DNA of 64,000 bases, from the NCBI GenBank assembly GCA_047285805.1, contig JBJBCN010000002.1, positions 32,001-96,000 of the forward strand, given 5' to 3'. A program made the translations under genes and the position numbers. The notes beneath the pieces were generated by a model. That model saw nothing but the letters and a program-made list of their open reading frames with translations, was not told where the DNA came from and made no database searches. The DNA is from Synechococcus sp. (GTDB lineage: Bacteria; Cyanobacteriota; Cyanobacteriia; PCC-6307; Cyanobiaceae). This document shows, piece after piece, positions 20,950 to 30,834 of the stretch (positions are counted from its first letter, which is position 1; the number at the start of each line of letters is the position of its first letter).

Positions 20950-22266
20950 TCAGGCCACCGCAGCGAAGCACTCGCGGAAGGCCGCGATGGTGGCGTCGAT
21001 GTCCTCGTCGGAGTGGGCCAGGGAGGTGAAGCCGGCCTCGAAAGCACTCGGTGCCAGGTAGATACCGCGTTCAAGCATGGCGCGATGGACCTTGCCAAAG
21101 CGCTCTGCATCGGCGGCCTTGGCCTCTTCGAAGTTGCGCACTGGGCCCTCGCAGAGGAAGAATCCGAACATGGCGCTGACCGAACCACCAGTAATGGGAA
21201 GGCCCGCCGCGCGGGCACCCTCCATTATTCCGTTGATCAGCCGGCTGGTGACTGCTTCAAGGCGCTCGTAGCTGCCGGGTTGCTTGAGCAGTTCTAGGGT
21301 CTTGATCCCGGCGGTCATCGCCAGGGGGTTTCCGCTCAGGGTGCCGGCCTGATACATCGGACCTGCGGGGGCAACCATGCTCATGATGTCGGCGCGGCCG
21401 CCGTAGGCACCCACCGGCAGGCCACCACCAATGACCTTGCCCATGGTGGTCAGGTCAGGGGTGACGCCAAACTTGGCCTGGGCTCCGCCGTAGCTGATGC
21501 GGAAGCCGGTCATCACTTCGTCGAAGACCAGTAGGGCGCCGTTCTCCTTAGTGAGCTCGCGGATGCCTTCGAGGAAGCCGGGCTCGGGGGTGATGAAGCC
21601 CGCGTTGCCTACGATCGGCTCGAGGATCACACCAGCGATTTCGCCGGGGTTCTCAGCGAAGAGCTGCTTGACCGCTTCCAGGTCGTTGTAAGGAGCGGTG
21701 AGGGTGCTGGCGGCCGTCGTGCGCGGCACGCCGGGGGAATCGGGCAGGCCCAGGGTGGCTACACCAGAGCCGGCCTTCACCAGGAACATGTCCGCGTGGC
21801 CGTGGTAGCAGCCTTCGAACTTGATGATCTTTTCGCGGCCGGTAAAGGCGCGCATGAGGCGCAGCACCGACATGCAGGCCTCGGTGCCGCTATTGACGAA
21901 GCGCACCATCTCCACGGAGGGGACCGCGTCGATCACCATCTCCGCCAGCTGGTTCTCCAGGGCGCAGGGGGCGCCGAAGCTGGTGCCCTTTTCCAAGGCG
22001 TCGTGCAGTGCGCCGATCACCTCAGGATGGGCGTGGCCGCAGATGGCCGGGCCCCAGCTGCCGATGTAATCGATATAGCGATTGCCGTCGACGTCCCAGG
22101 CGTAGGCCCCTTTCACGCGGTCGAACACGATCGGCTGGCCGCCTACCGAGCGGAAGGCGCGTACGGGTGAACTCACTCCGCCCGGCATCAGCTTCTGGGC
22201 GGCACTGAAGAGTTCCTGGGACAGGGTGGTGTTGTGCACAGGTGCCGAGACAGGAGCCGAGGTCAA
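20950..22266 (-). CDS. hemL: Glutamate-1-semialdehyde 2,1-aminomutase
   Basis: [45 protein letters not shown] start estimated. Confidence 0.98.
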   Translation of the reverse strand: MTSAPVSAPVHNTTLSQELFSAAQKLMPGGVSSPVRAFRSVGGQPIVFDRVKGAYAWDVDGNRYIDYIGSWGPAICGHAHPEVIGALHDALEKGTSFGAPCALENQLAEMVIDAVPSVEMVRFVNSGTEACMSVLRLMRAFTGREKIIKFEGCYHGHADMFLVKAGSGVATLGLPDSPGVPRTTAASTLTAPYNDLEAVKQLFAENPGEIAGVILEPIVGNAGFITPEPGFLEGIRELTKENGALLVFDEVMTGFRISYGGAQAKFGVTPDLTTMGKVIGGGLPVGAYGGRADIMSMVAPAGPMYQAGTLSGNPLAMTAGIKTLELLKQPGSYERLEAVTSRLINGIMEGARAAGLPITGGSVSAMFGFFLCEGPVRNFEEAKAADAERFGKVHRAMLERGIYLAPSAFEAGFTSLAHSDEDIDATIAAFRECFAAVA

Positions 22267-22402
22267 AACGGAATCCGCAGACTGAATTGGGGGCTCGAGA
22301 CCCCAAATAGGCCTTAAGCGTCGCCCATCCTTACTCAATCCCGGCCCCAGTGGTCGAGACCGTGCCAGCTCGTTAAGGTCGGTGGGTGTCCCGGCAATCG
22401 CC

Positions 22403-23875
22403 GTGAATCCAGACTGGGGCTTGGTTGAACGCCGATTGAGGGCACTGCTTCCTGCGCGCTCAGTCGTAGCCAAGCGTCAGGAGTTGCTGGCCTACGACTG
22501 CGATGGATTGACGCTGCATCGCCATCAACCTCCCCTGGTGGTCCTGCCGGAGACCACCGATGAGGTGGCCTCGGTGGTGCGTCTGTGCAATGAGCTTCAG
22601 GTTCCGTTTATCGCCCGGGGTAGTGGAACGGGTCTCTCCGGCGGCGCCTTGGCCGAGCAGCCCGCCCTGGTGATCGCCACCAGTCGCATGCGCCGAGTCA
22701 TCGCCATTGACTTACCCAATGAGCGCATCACGGTTGAGCCCGGGGTGATCAATAGCTGGGTCACCCGCGCGGTGGCGGGGGATGGCTTTTACTACGCGCC
22801 GGATCCTTCGAGCCAGGTGGCCTGCAGCATCGGCGGCAACGTCGCCGAGAACTCCGGGGGCGTGCACTGCCTGAAGTACGGCGTGACGAGCAACCACGTC
22901 CTCTCCATGGAGGTCGTTCTGCCCGATGGCAGCGTGACTACCTTGGGCTCGGGGATGGCGGAGACCCCCGAGCTGGACCTGCGCGGCGTCTTCATCGGCA
23001 GCGAGGGAACCCTGGGGATTGCGACGGCCATCACCCTCCGTCTGCTGCGTCAACCCGCCTGCGTGGCCGTGTTATTGGCGGACTTTGCCTCGATGGAGGC
23101 AGCTGGAGAGGCCGTGCGTCTGATCACCGCCGCTGGGGTGCTGCCGGCGGGCATGGAAATCATGGATCGGCGCTGCATCCATGCTGTTAACGATTTTTTT
23201 GGGGTCGATGAGTACCCCCGTGAGGCCGCGGCGGTGCTCCTGGTGGAGCTTGATGGACACCCCTTGGAGGTCGAGGAGTCGGTGCGGTTGGCGGCTGAGC
23301 TCTGCCGGGAGGCCGGAGCGGGCGGCGTTCGCGAGGCCTGGAGCGAGGAGGAGCGGGATCGGCTTTGGAAGGGCCGCAAGAGTGCGATCTCAGCCCTGGG
23401 CCGTCAATTTCCTAACTACTACCTCCAGGACGGAGTGGTTCCACGCACGGCTCTGCCCTGGGTCTTGGCCGCGATTGAGCGTCTGAGTGAGGAGCAAGGC
23501 TTGGCGGTGGCCAACGTCTTCCATGCCGGTGACGGCAACCTCCACCCCTTGATCCTTTACCGCTCGGATGAACCGGGGGTGAACGAGCGGGTGACCGCCC
23601 TTGGGGCGGCCATCTTGAAGCTCTGCCTGGATGCCGGCGGCAGCATCAGCGGTGAACATGGGGTTGGCAGCGACAAGCGTTGCTACATGGACTGGATGTT
23701 CAGCCCGGACGACCTCGAGACGATGCAACTGGTGCGCCGGGCCTTCGATCCCGATGGTCTGGCGAACCCCGGAAAAATCTTCCCCACCCCCAAGACCTGC
23801 GGCGAATCGGCTCGCCGCTGGGTCGAGCTGAAGGAGGAAGGCCGCAAGCTCCCCGAAGGAGTCGAGCTCTATTAG
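22403..23875 (+). CDS. glcD: Glycolate oxidase/dehydrogenase subunit GlcD (FAD-linked)
   Basis: [52 protein letters not shown]. Confidence 0.92.
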   Translation: MNPDWGLVERRLRALLPARSVVAKRQELLAYDCDGLTLHRHQPPLVVLPETTDEVASVVRLCNELQVPFIARGSGTGLSGGALAEQPALVIATSRMRRVIAIDLPNERITVEPGVINSWVTRAVAGDGFYYAPDPSSQVACSIGGNVAENSGGVHCLKYGVTSNHVLSMEVVLPDGSVTTLGSGMAETPELDLRGVFIGSEGTLGIATAITLRLLRQPACVAVLLADFASMEAAGEAVRLITAAGVLPAGMEIMDRRCIHAVNDFFGVDEYPREAAAVLLVELDGHPLEVEESVRLAAELCREAGAGGVREAWSEEERDRLWKGRKSAISALGRQFPNYYLQDGVVPRTALPWVLAAIERLSEEQGLAVANVFHAGDGNLHPLILYRSDEPGVNERVTALGAAILKLCLDAGGSISGEHGVGSDKRCYMDWMFSPDDLETMQLVRRAFDPDGLANPGKIFPTPKTCGESARRWVELKEEGRKLPEGVELY

Positions 23876-24687
23876 GGCCAGCTCTCGTCCTCCTCTTCTG
23901 GCGGCCAGGCCAGGTTGACGACGACGGGGGCATGGTCACTGGGCTGGACGTTGCCTCGGGGTTGTTTGTCGATGACGCAGCCGGTGGCGCAACCCAGCAG
24001 CTCCTCAGACAAATAGATGTGGTCGATCCGCCAGCCCAGGTCCCGGTCCCAGGCGCCGCTGCGGTAATCCCACCAGCTCCAATGGCCGTTTCCCGGCTCG
24101 AAGACCCGGAAGATGTCCGTCAGCCGATCGCCCAGGGCGCCGCGTAGGGCGGTGCGCTCGGGCTCGCTGGCCATGATCGTTCCATTCAGGCGTTCCGGAT
24201 TCGGAAGATCCCGGTCCTCCAGTCCGATGTTGAAGTCTCCAACCATGCAAAGCGGATCGCCTTGCTCCTCCTGGACGGTGAGATAGCGCTGCAAGCAGCT
24301 CAACCACTCCAGCTTGTAAGGGTATTTCTCGCTCTTTAGGGAGCTGCCATTGGGGACGTAGAGGTTCAGGATCCGCACCCCATCCAGTAGGCCGCTGATC
24401 ACCCGTTTTTGTTCACTCAGCTGCGCTGCGTCAGGCAGAAGCGCTTCAAAACCCACTTGAACGTCCTCAAGGGGTTCACGGCTAATCAGTGCGACGCCGT
24501 TGTAGGCCTTCTGTCCACTGATCGCGCAGTAGTAACCGATCTGTTCAAAGGCCTTCAGCGGGAAGAGGTCATCGCTGACCTTGGTTTCCTGGAGGCAGAG
24601 CACATCCGGTTGATGGGCCTGCAGCCAAGCCAGCACCTGCTCCAGGCGGGTCCGCACCGAATTGACGTTCCAGCTGGCGATGCGCAT
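23872..24687 (-). CDS. xth: Exodeoxyribonuclease III (AP endonuclease)
   Basis: SWNVNS, LQETK, YVPNG, GDFN, WWDYR, RIDH, SDHAP. Confidence 0.97.
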   Translation of the reverse strand: MRIASWNVNSVRTRLEQVLAWLQAHQPDVLCLQETKVSDDLFPLKAFEQIGYYCAISGQKAYNGVALISREPLEDVQVGFEALLPDAAQLSEQKRVISGLLDGVRILNLYVPNGSSLKSEKYPYKLEWLSCLQRYLTVQEEQGDPLCMVGDFNIGLEDRDLPNPERLNGTIMASEPERTALRGALGDRLTDIFRVFEPGNGHWSWWDYRSGAWDRDLGWRIDHIYLSEELLGCATGCVIDKQPRGNVQPSDHAPVVVNLAWPPEEEDESWP

Positions 24688-24743
24688 CGGCGGGAGTTTG
24701 GTCTGGGGCTGCTCCTAGCATTCCGAGGTTCGACGGATGTGCC

Positions 24744-25067
24744 ATGCCTCGGGGACTTGCTAGCGGCTTCACCGCGTCCTTGATCGCTGCAGCGGCAGTG
24801 GTGTCCCCGGTGGCTCGCGCTCAGACCACCAACACCAGTCTTGCCCCTGAAACCAGCGTCTTTGACCAGGGGCCCGGTGGAACGAGCCGCCAAGGGGGAT
24901 CGCTGCTGGACAGCACGAACCCGATCGACTTGATGAATAAGTTGCGCCGCAGCGCGGCGATGGATGACGCGACCGATCCGGGCGATGCCATCGACGCGGC
25001 CCTGCGCCAGCTGGATTCGCAGTCGGCGGCTTCTAGCCCTGCTTCACCTTTGGTGACGGCTCCTTAG
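24744..25067 (+). CDS. Hypothetical exported protein
   Basis: Signal peptide ending ARA; NPIDLMNKLRR...MDDATDPGDAIDAAL. Confidence 0.6.
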   Translation: MPRGLASGFTASLIAAAAVVSPVARAQTTNTSLAPETSVFDQGPGGTSRQGGSLLDSTNPIDLMNKLRRSAAMDDATDPGDAIDAALRQLDSQSAASSPASPLVTAP

Positions 25068-25866
25068 CCGGCGGCTTCTTGGTCTCGCGGAGAATCTGCA
25101 GTTCCCAGCTGGCGGCGACACTATCCAGACGCGGGTCCTTCTTCTCGGGTTGCCTGGCCTGGGCTTGGGCGAGGGCTTGAGAGGCCCCGGGCAGGTCCCC
25201 CTCGTCTTGCTTCAACAAGGCAATGGCCAATAGGGGCTTGGGGTCCCGCGGGAAGTCCTTGGCCAGTTGGTCATAGAGGGCCAGGGCGTCTGCCGATTTG
25301 CCTTGGCGTTGGCGGAGATCGCCCAAGAGCAGGCCGATCCCCAACTTTTGCGGCTGGGGAGTCGGGTTGCTGTTGGCCTCCAAAAGGGTCTTGAGCTGGG
25401 CTTCAGCCTCGGCCCCTCGACCCTGCTCCAGTTGCAGCAGGGTCAGTAATTGCAGGGCCTCGATTTGATCGGGCTTGAGGTTCAGGATCAGGCGCAACTC
25501 CCGCTCGGCCCCGGTGCGGTCGTTGTTGTTCCGGCGCAACTCGGCCAGGAGCAGACGCAGTTGCCAGTTCTGGGACTGTTGATCTGCCAGGCGCTCCAGC
25601 ACCAGGCTGGCCTCCTGGAATTGGCCCTGTTGGATCAGCAGGTCAACGAGCCGCTGTTGATCGGTCGCGCTCGCCGATCCGTCCCCAAGCCGGGCCTGAA
25701 GCAGGGCGACTTGACGCTCGCTGCTGCCCCCGGAGCTCCCTTGGGCCTTGATGGCTTGGTGCTGACCGAGCAGCCAGCCACCGATGATGGAGACGGTCAC
25801 CAACGCCGAGGCGACCAGAGCGGTCAGCACGCCATCGCGCTGGTTGTGGCGGCCTCGTGCCTGCAT
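25033..25866 (-). CDS. Membrane-anchored TPR protein
   Basis: N-terminal TM segment followed by repeated helical TPR-like units (A..L...P..). Confidence 0.75.
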   Translation of the reverse strand: MQARGRHNQRDGVLTALVASALVTVSIIGGWLLGQHQAIKAQGSSGGSSERQVALLQARLGDGSASATDQQRLVDLLIQQGQFQEASLVLERLADQQSQNWQLRLLLAELRRNNNDRTGAERELRLILNLKPDQIEALQLLTLLQLEQGRGAEAEAQLKTLLEANSNPTPQPQKLGIGLLLGDLRQRQGKSADALALYDQLAKDFPRDPKPLLAIALLKQDEGDLPGASQALAQAQARQPEKKDPRLDSVAASWELQILRETKKPPAKEPSPKVKQG

Positions 25867-25968
25867 CGAGGGAGCTGCAAGTCGGGCTAAGTCTGGGGCC
25901 TTTCTGCAAGCTCGGTACATTGTCTGCGGGCGATGGATTTCGCGAGCGCCCAGAGGGTTTCAGCCACG

Positions 25969-26574
25969 ATGCGTCAACACCCCATTTCCCCGGTCACAGA
26001 GCCGATGCAGTACCGCGCCATAGGCGTGGTGCGGGGGACTTACGAGCCTGCTGATCCGGATCAGCTCACCCGTGGAGTGATTCAGACCGAGGACGGCTCC
26101 GAGATTGATGCTGTTGTGCTCGGTCGCGTGCTGACGTTGATGCGTCGTCACCTCGACCTCAGCAAGCCCCACCTCTGGGTCGCCTACCCCCGATTCCGCG
26201 ATCCCGATCAGCTGCACCTGCAGCTCGTGGGTGTGTGGGAACCCAGCACCCTCTCCCCCGATGAAGGCGATGGGGACGATCTGCCCGAAGGCGACGGTTA
26301 CTTCTCCGTGCGCGGTGAGCTGATCTATACGCGCCCTGACGATGGTGACCTGGTGGTCAAGATTCGCCAGCAGCCCCGCCCCGACGGGCGTCGCCCGACC
26401 CCGTTCAAGCTGCAGCTGAAGGGCCAGGTTGATCCGGCCCATCTGCGTCACTTCGTCTCCCTGGACTTGCGCCGTAACGGGCAAACCCTGCAGGTCGAGA
26501 ACCACGAGGTGATTGCTCCAGTGCCCCAACGGGCTGGCCGGGGTCGCGGTGGTGCCCGCGGCGGCCGCCGCTAG
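25969..26574 (+). CDS. Conserved cyanobacterial hypothetical protein
   Basis: HPISPVTEPMQYRAIGVVRG, HLWVAYPR, GVWEP, FSVRGEL; RGG-rich tail. Confidence 0.75.
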   Translation: MRQHPISPVTEPMQYRAIGVVRGTYEPADPDQLTRGVIQTEDGSEIDAVVLGRVLTLMRRHLDLSKPHLWVAYPRFRDPDQLHLQLVGVWEPSTLSPDEGDGDDLPEGDGYFSVRGELIYTRPDDGDLVVKIRQQPRPDGRRPTPFKLQLKGQVDPAHLRHFVSLDLRRNGQTLQVENHEVIAPVPQRAGRGRGGARGGRR

Positions 26575-26589
26575 GAACGGGATGGGGCC

Positions 26590-27252
26590 ATGACTTTGCC
26601 GCCTCTGTTGCGACTGGCGAGCTCCGATCAAGGCTCAACGGCCGCCCTGCGGGCCGGGGTTGCTGTTGCAGGGGTCAGTGTGGTGTCGGTGGTGGGCCCC
26701 GTGCTAGGCCTCTCTCCTTGGCTGATTGCCACTGCGGTGGGTGGGGGGCTGACGGCCCTCACCGTGGATGCGGCCCGCTTTGGCGGCCTGGGGGGCCATC
26801 TCTTGGCGGAATCGCTTCCCTTTGGTTTGGGCCGTGCACGGCTGCGCCGCATCGCGTTCCATGAGGCTGGTCACCTGCTGTTGGCAGCCGAGAACCAGCT
26901 ACCGGTTAAGCAGGTCCTCGTGGGCAGCCGGGCTTGTTTTCGCCATGGTTTGCGGGTGAATGGCTGCACCGAGTTGGAGCCCCCCACGCAGTTGAAGATG
27001 CCGCTGGAGGACCTGCGCCGTTGGAGCCGGGTGCTGCTGGCCGGGATGGTGGCCGAGACCGTGGAATACGGCGGCTCCTGTGGTGGCGCCGATGACCGGG
27101 CGCTGCTGGGGCGGCTTTGGGGTCTCTCCGGCCACGACGTGACGACAGCCCAAAACGAACAACGCCGGGCCCGCCGCGAGGTGCAGCAGTGGCTGGAGCA
27201 GCACCGTGAGCAGCTGCAGGCCAGTGCGGAGCAGCTTCTCCAGGAGGCCTGA
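26590..27252 (+). CDS. FtsH/M41-like Zn peptidase domain protein (no AAA domain)
   Basis: N-terminal TM segments, RIAFHEAGH, LAGMVAE, GGADD. Confidence 0.75.
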   Translation: MTLPPLLRLASSDQGSTAALRAGVAVAGVSVVSVVGPVLGLSPWLIATAVGGGLTALTVDAARFGGLGGHLLAESLPFGLGRARLRRIAFHEAGHLLLAAENQLPVKQVLVGSRACFRHGLRVNGCTELEPPTQLKMPLEDLRRWSRVLLAGMVAETVEYGGSCGGADDRALLGRLWGLSGHDVTTAQNEQRRARREVQQWLEQHREQLQASAEQLLQEA

Positions 27253-28451
27253 TGGGAGCGCTGGCGGTCGTCGATTGCCCGACGGGATTGGCCGGCAACA
27301 TGCTGCTCGCGGCACTTTTTGACTGCGGTCTACCGGAAGAGGTGGTCCACGAACCCCTGGCAGCCCTGGGCTTGGGCGGCCTCTATCGCTTGCAGCTAGA
27401 GGAGCGGCGCAGCGCGGGTCTGCGAGGGCTGCACCTGGAAGTGGAACCGCTCGAACAGCAGCCGCCCCACCGCCACTGGGCCAGCCTGCGCGATCAAATC
27501 CAGACCGCCGAGCTGGATCCGGCGTTGCTGCGGATGGTCTTGAGGGTGTTTGGCGTCCTGGCGGAGGCTGAGGCCGCCGTTCATGGGTCGGCGCCGGAGC
27601 AGGTGCACTTCCACGAGGTGGGCGCCCTAGATGCGCTGGTGGATGTGATCGGGGTCTGTGCCGGCCTGCAGCACTTCGGCGTGGAGCGCCTGATCTGCAG
27701 TCCGCCGCCCGCGGGCCACGGCCAGGTGACGACGGCCCACGGCCTCTTGTCGGTTCCCGTGCCTGCTGTGCTGGAGCTCGCCACACGCCATGGGGTTCCC
27801 TTGGCGAGCAGCGCTGGCTTTCCCCCGGCTGAACTGACGACCCCCACCGGTTTGGCCTTGATGGTGGCTTTGGCGGAGGGCTTCGACGCGGCACCGGCCC
27901 TGACCCCCAGCCGTTTGGGCATTGGCTTGGGGACGCGGGAGTTGGATCGCCCGAATCAGCTGCGCCTGCTCTTGGCTGAAGCGGAGGTCGCCCCCGGCGT
28001 AGGGCCCGCATTGCAGACGTTGGTCCAGCAGCAGGCCCAGATCGACGACGCCACTGCGGAGGATCTGGCGTTTCTTCAGGAGTCTCTGCGGGGGGCGGGG
28101 GCCTTGGAGGTCTTTGCCCAGCCGGTGCTGATGAAGAAAGGGCGTGCCGGCAGCTTGATCACGGCTCTGGCTTGGCCCGAGCAGGCCGAAGCCCTGCGGG
28201 CGATCTGGTGGCGCTTCGGCAGCAGCCTGGGGGTGCGGGAAGAGCTGCAGCAGCGCTGGACCCTGCCCCGCCAGATCGAGGAGCATCAGACCCCCTGGGG
28301 GCCGGTGCGCTTCAAGACGTCGACACGGCCGGATGGCAGCGTGCGGCGCAAGCCGGAGTTTGAGGACCTGGTGCGGTTGGCCGAGGAGCGGCAGCTGCCC
28401 CTCGATCAGCTGCGCCAGGCCCTGCTGCAGTGGCGGGAGGAGCAGCGGTGA
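27252..28451 (+). CDS. larC: Nickel pincer cofactor biosynthesis protein LarC
   Basis: DCPTGLAGNMLL, AEAAVHG, VHFHEVGALD, ELTTPTG, IDD, MKKGR, KPEFED. Confidence 0.93.
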   Translation: MGALAVVDCPTGLAGNMLLAALFDCGLPEEVVHEPLAALGLGGLYRLQLEERRSAGLRGLHLEVEPLEQQPPHRHWASLRDQIQTAELDPALLRMVLRVFGVLAEAEAAVHGSAPEQVHFHEVGALDALVDVIGVCAGLQHFGVERLICSPPPAGHGQVTTAHGLLSVPVPAVLELATRHGVPLASSAGFPPAELTTPTGLALMVALAEGFDAAPALTPSRLGIGLGTRELDRPNQLRLLLAEAEVAPGVGPALQTLVQQQAQIDDATAEDLAFLQESLRGAGALEVFAQPVLMKKGRAGSLITALAWPEQAEALRAIWWRFGSSLGVREELQQRWTLPRQIEEHQTPWGPVRFKTSTRPDGSVRRKPEFEDLVRLAEERQLPLDQLRQALLQWREEQR

Positions 28452-29386
28452 TCGAGCGGCTCAGACGCGTCGCGCTGCCCGGGGGCGCCCGGCTGTGGTT
28501 GACCGCCGCCAGTGTTGCCTTTGTGGTCTCTGCGGTGGTGTCCCACGGCAGTCAGTTGCTGCAGTTGAGCCTGGATCGTCAGTCGTGGCTCTGGCTGGCC
28601 TTGGGCTTGGGTCTGAGTGCCTTGAGCCTGGTGGTCAATGGCCTGGCCTGGGGGGTGGTGCTGCGCTGGCTGGGGGCGATGCCCCGCTGGACGCCCGTGG
28701 TGTTGCTCTTTCTGGAGTCCAACCTGCGCAAGTACCTGCCTGGTGGGGTCTGGCACCTGCTGGCTCGGCTGCGGGCCCTGCGCGCGGGGGGACCCTGCCG
28801 GCAACCGCTGAGTGGGCGCCAGGCCCTTGGGGCGGTGCTGCTCGATCCGTTGTTGATGGCCGTGGCGGCCTTGGCGTTGGTGGCCCTGGGGGGTGGTGTC
28901 TCCTTGCTGGCCTTGCTGCCCCTGTTGGCCTTACTGCCCCGTTGGCTGAACCCGCTGCTGGAGGGTTTGGAGCGTCGCCGCGCGAAGGCCCTCGAGGTGG
29001 ATCCCTCGGACCTGCGTTCGGGAAGCCTGCGCCTTCCGGGCTATCCCTGGGTCCCCCTGGCGGCGGAGCTGGTCTTTGTCCTGTGCCGCTTTGCCGGGTT
29101 TGCCTGCTGCGTTCAAGCCTTTGATCTGGCTTTCCAGCTGGATTGGCTCGGCTGGTTGTCGGGTTTTGCCCTGGCCTGGACCGCCGGCTTAGTCGTGCCG
29201 GCGGCCCCTGGCGGCTTGGGGGTGTTTGAAGCGGTCTTGGTTCTGCGTCTGGCCGCCGCCGTTCCCGAGGCTCCGCTGCTGGCCGTCGCCTTGAGCTATC
29301 GACTTGTGGTGTCTTTGGCGGATCTGCTGATGGCGGCCACCGCCCGCCGGGACCTGGCGGCGCTTCGCAACAGTGGGTATTGTTGA
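28448..29386 (+). CDS. Lysylphosphatidylglycerol synthase TM-domain (UPF0104) flippase-like protein
   Basis: KYLPGGVW, APGGLGVFE, YRL; multi-TM. Confidence 0.85.
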   Translation: MIERLRRVALPGGARLWLTAASVAFVVSAVVSHGSQLLQLSLDRQSWLWLALGLGLSALSLVVNGLAWGVVLRWLGAMPRWTPVVLLFLESNLRKYLPGGVWHLLARLRALRAGGPCRQPLSGRQALGAVLLDPLLMAVAALALVALGGGVSLLALLPLLALLPRWLNPLLEGLERRRAKALEVDPSDLRSGSLRLPGYPWVPLAAELVFVLCRFAGFACCVQAFDLAFQLDWLGWLSGFALAWTAGLVVPAAPGGLGVFEAVLVLRLAAAVPEAPLLAVALSYRLVVSLADLLMAATARRDLAALRNSGYC

Positions 29387-29407
29387 GAAGTGCCCTGAGG
29401 GAACGTC

Positions 29408-29881
29408 GTGCCTGCTGGTCCTGTCTCCCCGGTGCAGGCCGATGCGTTGCGCAGCTCCCTGCATGATCGCGGCCAGCGTCTGACGCCCCAGCGCCAACGG
29501 GTCTTGGCCCTGTTCGAGCGCCTCGGCGAGGGCAGTCACCTGAGCGCTGAGGAGGTGCATCAGCGCCTGCTCAAGGCCGATGAACGGGTCTCCCTGGCCA
29601 CGGTGTATCGGACGCTGCGGCTCCTGAGTTCGATGGAGCTGCTCTGTGAACTCGAGCTGCCAGAAGGCGGGCGCCGCTTTGAGTTGGCCAGTGATGAGGC
29701 CCACCGGGACCATCACCACCTGGTCTGTGCGCGCTGCGGCCACACCGAAGAATTTGAGAGCGAAGCCGTGCTGCGGGCCGGCGGCGAGGCGGCGGCGCAG
29801 CACGGCTTCCAGTTGCTCAATTGTGTCTTGAACGTTCGGGCGCTCTGCCCGAGCTGCGCCCAGCAGGACGCCGAGGGCTAA
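29408..29881 (+). CDS. fur: Fur family transcriptional regulator (ferric uptake regulator type)
   Basis: RLTPQR, HLSAEE, SLATVYRTL, HHHLVCxxC, C-terminal CxxC. Confidence 0.9.
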   Translation: MPAGPVSPVQADALRSSLHDRGQRLTPQRQRVLALFERLGEGSHLSAEEVHQRLLKADERVSLATVYRTLRLLSSMELLCELELPEGGRRFELASDEAHRDHHHLVCARCGHTEEFESEAVLRAGGEAAAQHGFQLLNCVLNVRALCPSCAQQDAEG

Positions 29882-30022
29882 TCAGCGGCGGTTGACGCGA
29901 ACGGGGACGAGGGCCGGCTGCATCAAGCCGCCGCCACCGTTGTCGTCGTCGGAATCGGTGCCGAGCCAGTAGATCAGGCCAACGAGCCCGAAAACCGTCG
30001 TGAGTGCAACGAACTCGGCCAT
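29882..30022 (-). CDS. 46-aa single-TM microprotein with DSDDDNGGGGLMQP motif
   Basis: Manual translation MAEFVALTTVFGLVGLIYWLGTDSDDDNGGGGLMQPALVPVRVNRR*; below the ORF-track size cutoff. Confidence 0.65.
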   Translation of the reverse strand: MAEFVALTTVFGLVGLIYWLGTDSDDDNGGGGLMQPALVPVRVNRR

Positions 30023-30087
30023 CCAGGGGATGCGGTTCGACACACCATAACGGCGTTTTTCGCTTCTGCTGTCGCGGTTGCTGCAGC

Positions 30088-30663
30088 TCAGAGGGGAGCG
30101 AGGGCGAGCAGGCCGCCGGCCAGCGCCAGCAGAGCGGCCCCGAAGGAAGCGCCGCCGCGCTCAAGCCTTTGGCTCAGCCAGGCGCTGGCGCCGACGACGG
30201 CGACCGAGCCCAGCAGTGCACCAGCCCACCAGAAGGAGCTGCCGCTGGACTCCAGGCCGTGGAGCAGGGCGTGGACCGAAACACCGCCGGCCACGGTCAG
30301 GGCCAGGATCTGACGGCTGCAGAGACCGCGCAGCACCAGAACCAATACGGCGGCCACGGCGGAGAGCGCCAGGGCTGCCAGCACTTCGGCTCCAGGCAGT
30401 TGACCGCCGAAGCTGCCGAAGACCGAGCCGATCAGCGCTCCGGCCAGGGCGTAACCCAGGATTTGGCGGCCTGCCTGGGCGGCGCAGAGGCCAATGGCCA
30501 CCAGCATCAGCAGGTGGTCCAGACCCAGCAGCGGGTGCAGGGCGCCATCGATGACTCCGTGCTCGGCGCCGCCATGGGCGCCGGCGGGCAGCAACGACAG
30601 CAGGCTCAGGCTGAGACCGGCGGCGGCGCTGCTCAGCAGTGATCTGGTCAGTTTGGAGGTCAT
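30088..30663 (-). CDS. hupE: HupE/UreJ family Co/Ni transporter
   Basis: Signal peptide then HGG; HPLLGLDHLL (HPxxGxDH) and HALLHG motifs; cobalamin riboswitch upstream. Confidence 0.92.
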   Translation of the reverse strand: MTSKLTRSLLSSAAAGLSLSLLSLLPAGAHGGAEHGVIDGALHPLLGLDHLLMLVAIGLCAAQAGRQILGYALAGALIGSVFGSFGGQLPGAEVLAALALSAVAAVLVLVLRGLCSRQILALTVAGGVSVHALLHGLESSGSSFWWAGALLGSVAVVGASAWLSQRLERGGASFGAALLALAGGLLALAPL

Positions 30664-30699
30664 GGCAGATCCGGTCCGCGCCGGTACTGAAGGGGAAGG

Positions 30700-30820
30700 A
30701 CGGAGGGCGGCGAGCGTTCTAACTGGGGAGCGGCGCGCTCCCATCACAGCTGCGGGACAGTGCCGGATTCGCGCCGGACTTTCCTCGTTGCCTTCCTGGG
30801 CTGAATCCAGGAAACCGCTG
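30700..30820 (-). ncRNA. Cobalamin riboswitch
   Basis: Minus strand CGGTTTCC...AACGAGGAAAGTCCGGCGCGAATCCGGCACTGTCCCGCAGCTGTGA...CAGTTAGAACGCTCGCCG matches B12-element core motifs; lies in the hupE leader, with a CATAAT -10-like box at 30826-30831. Confidence 0.88.
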
Positions 30821-30834
30821 CTTGGATTATGGCT

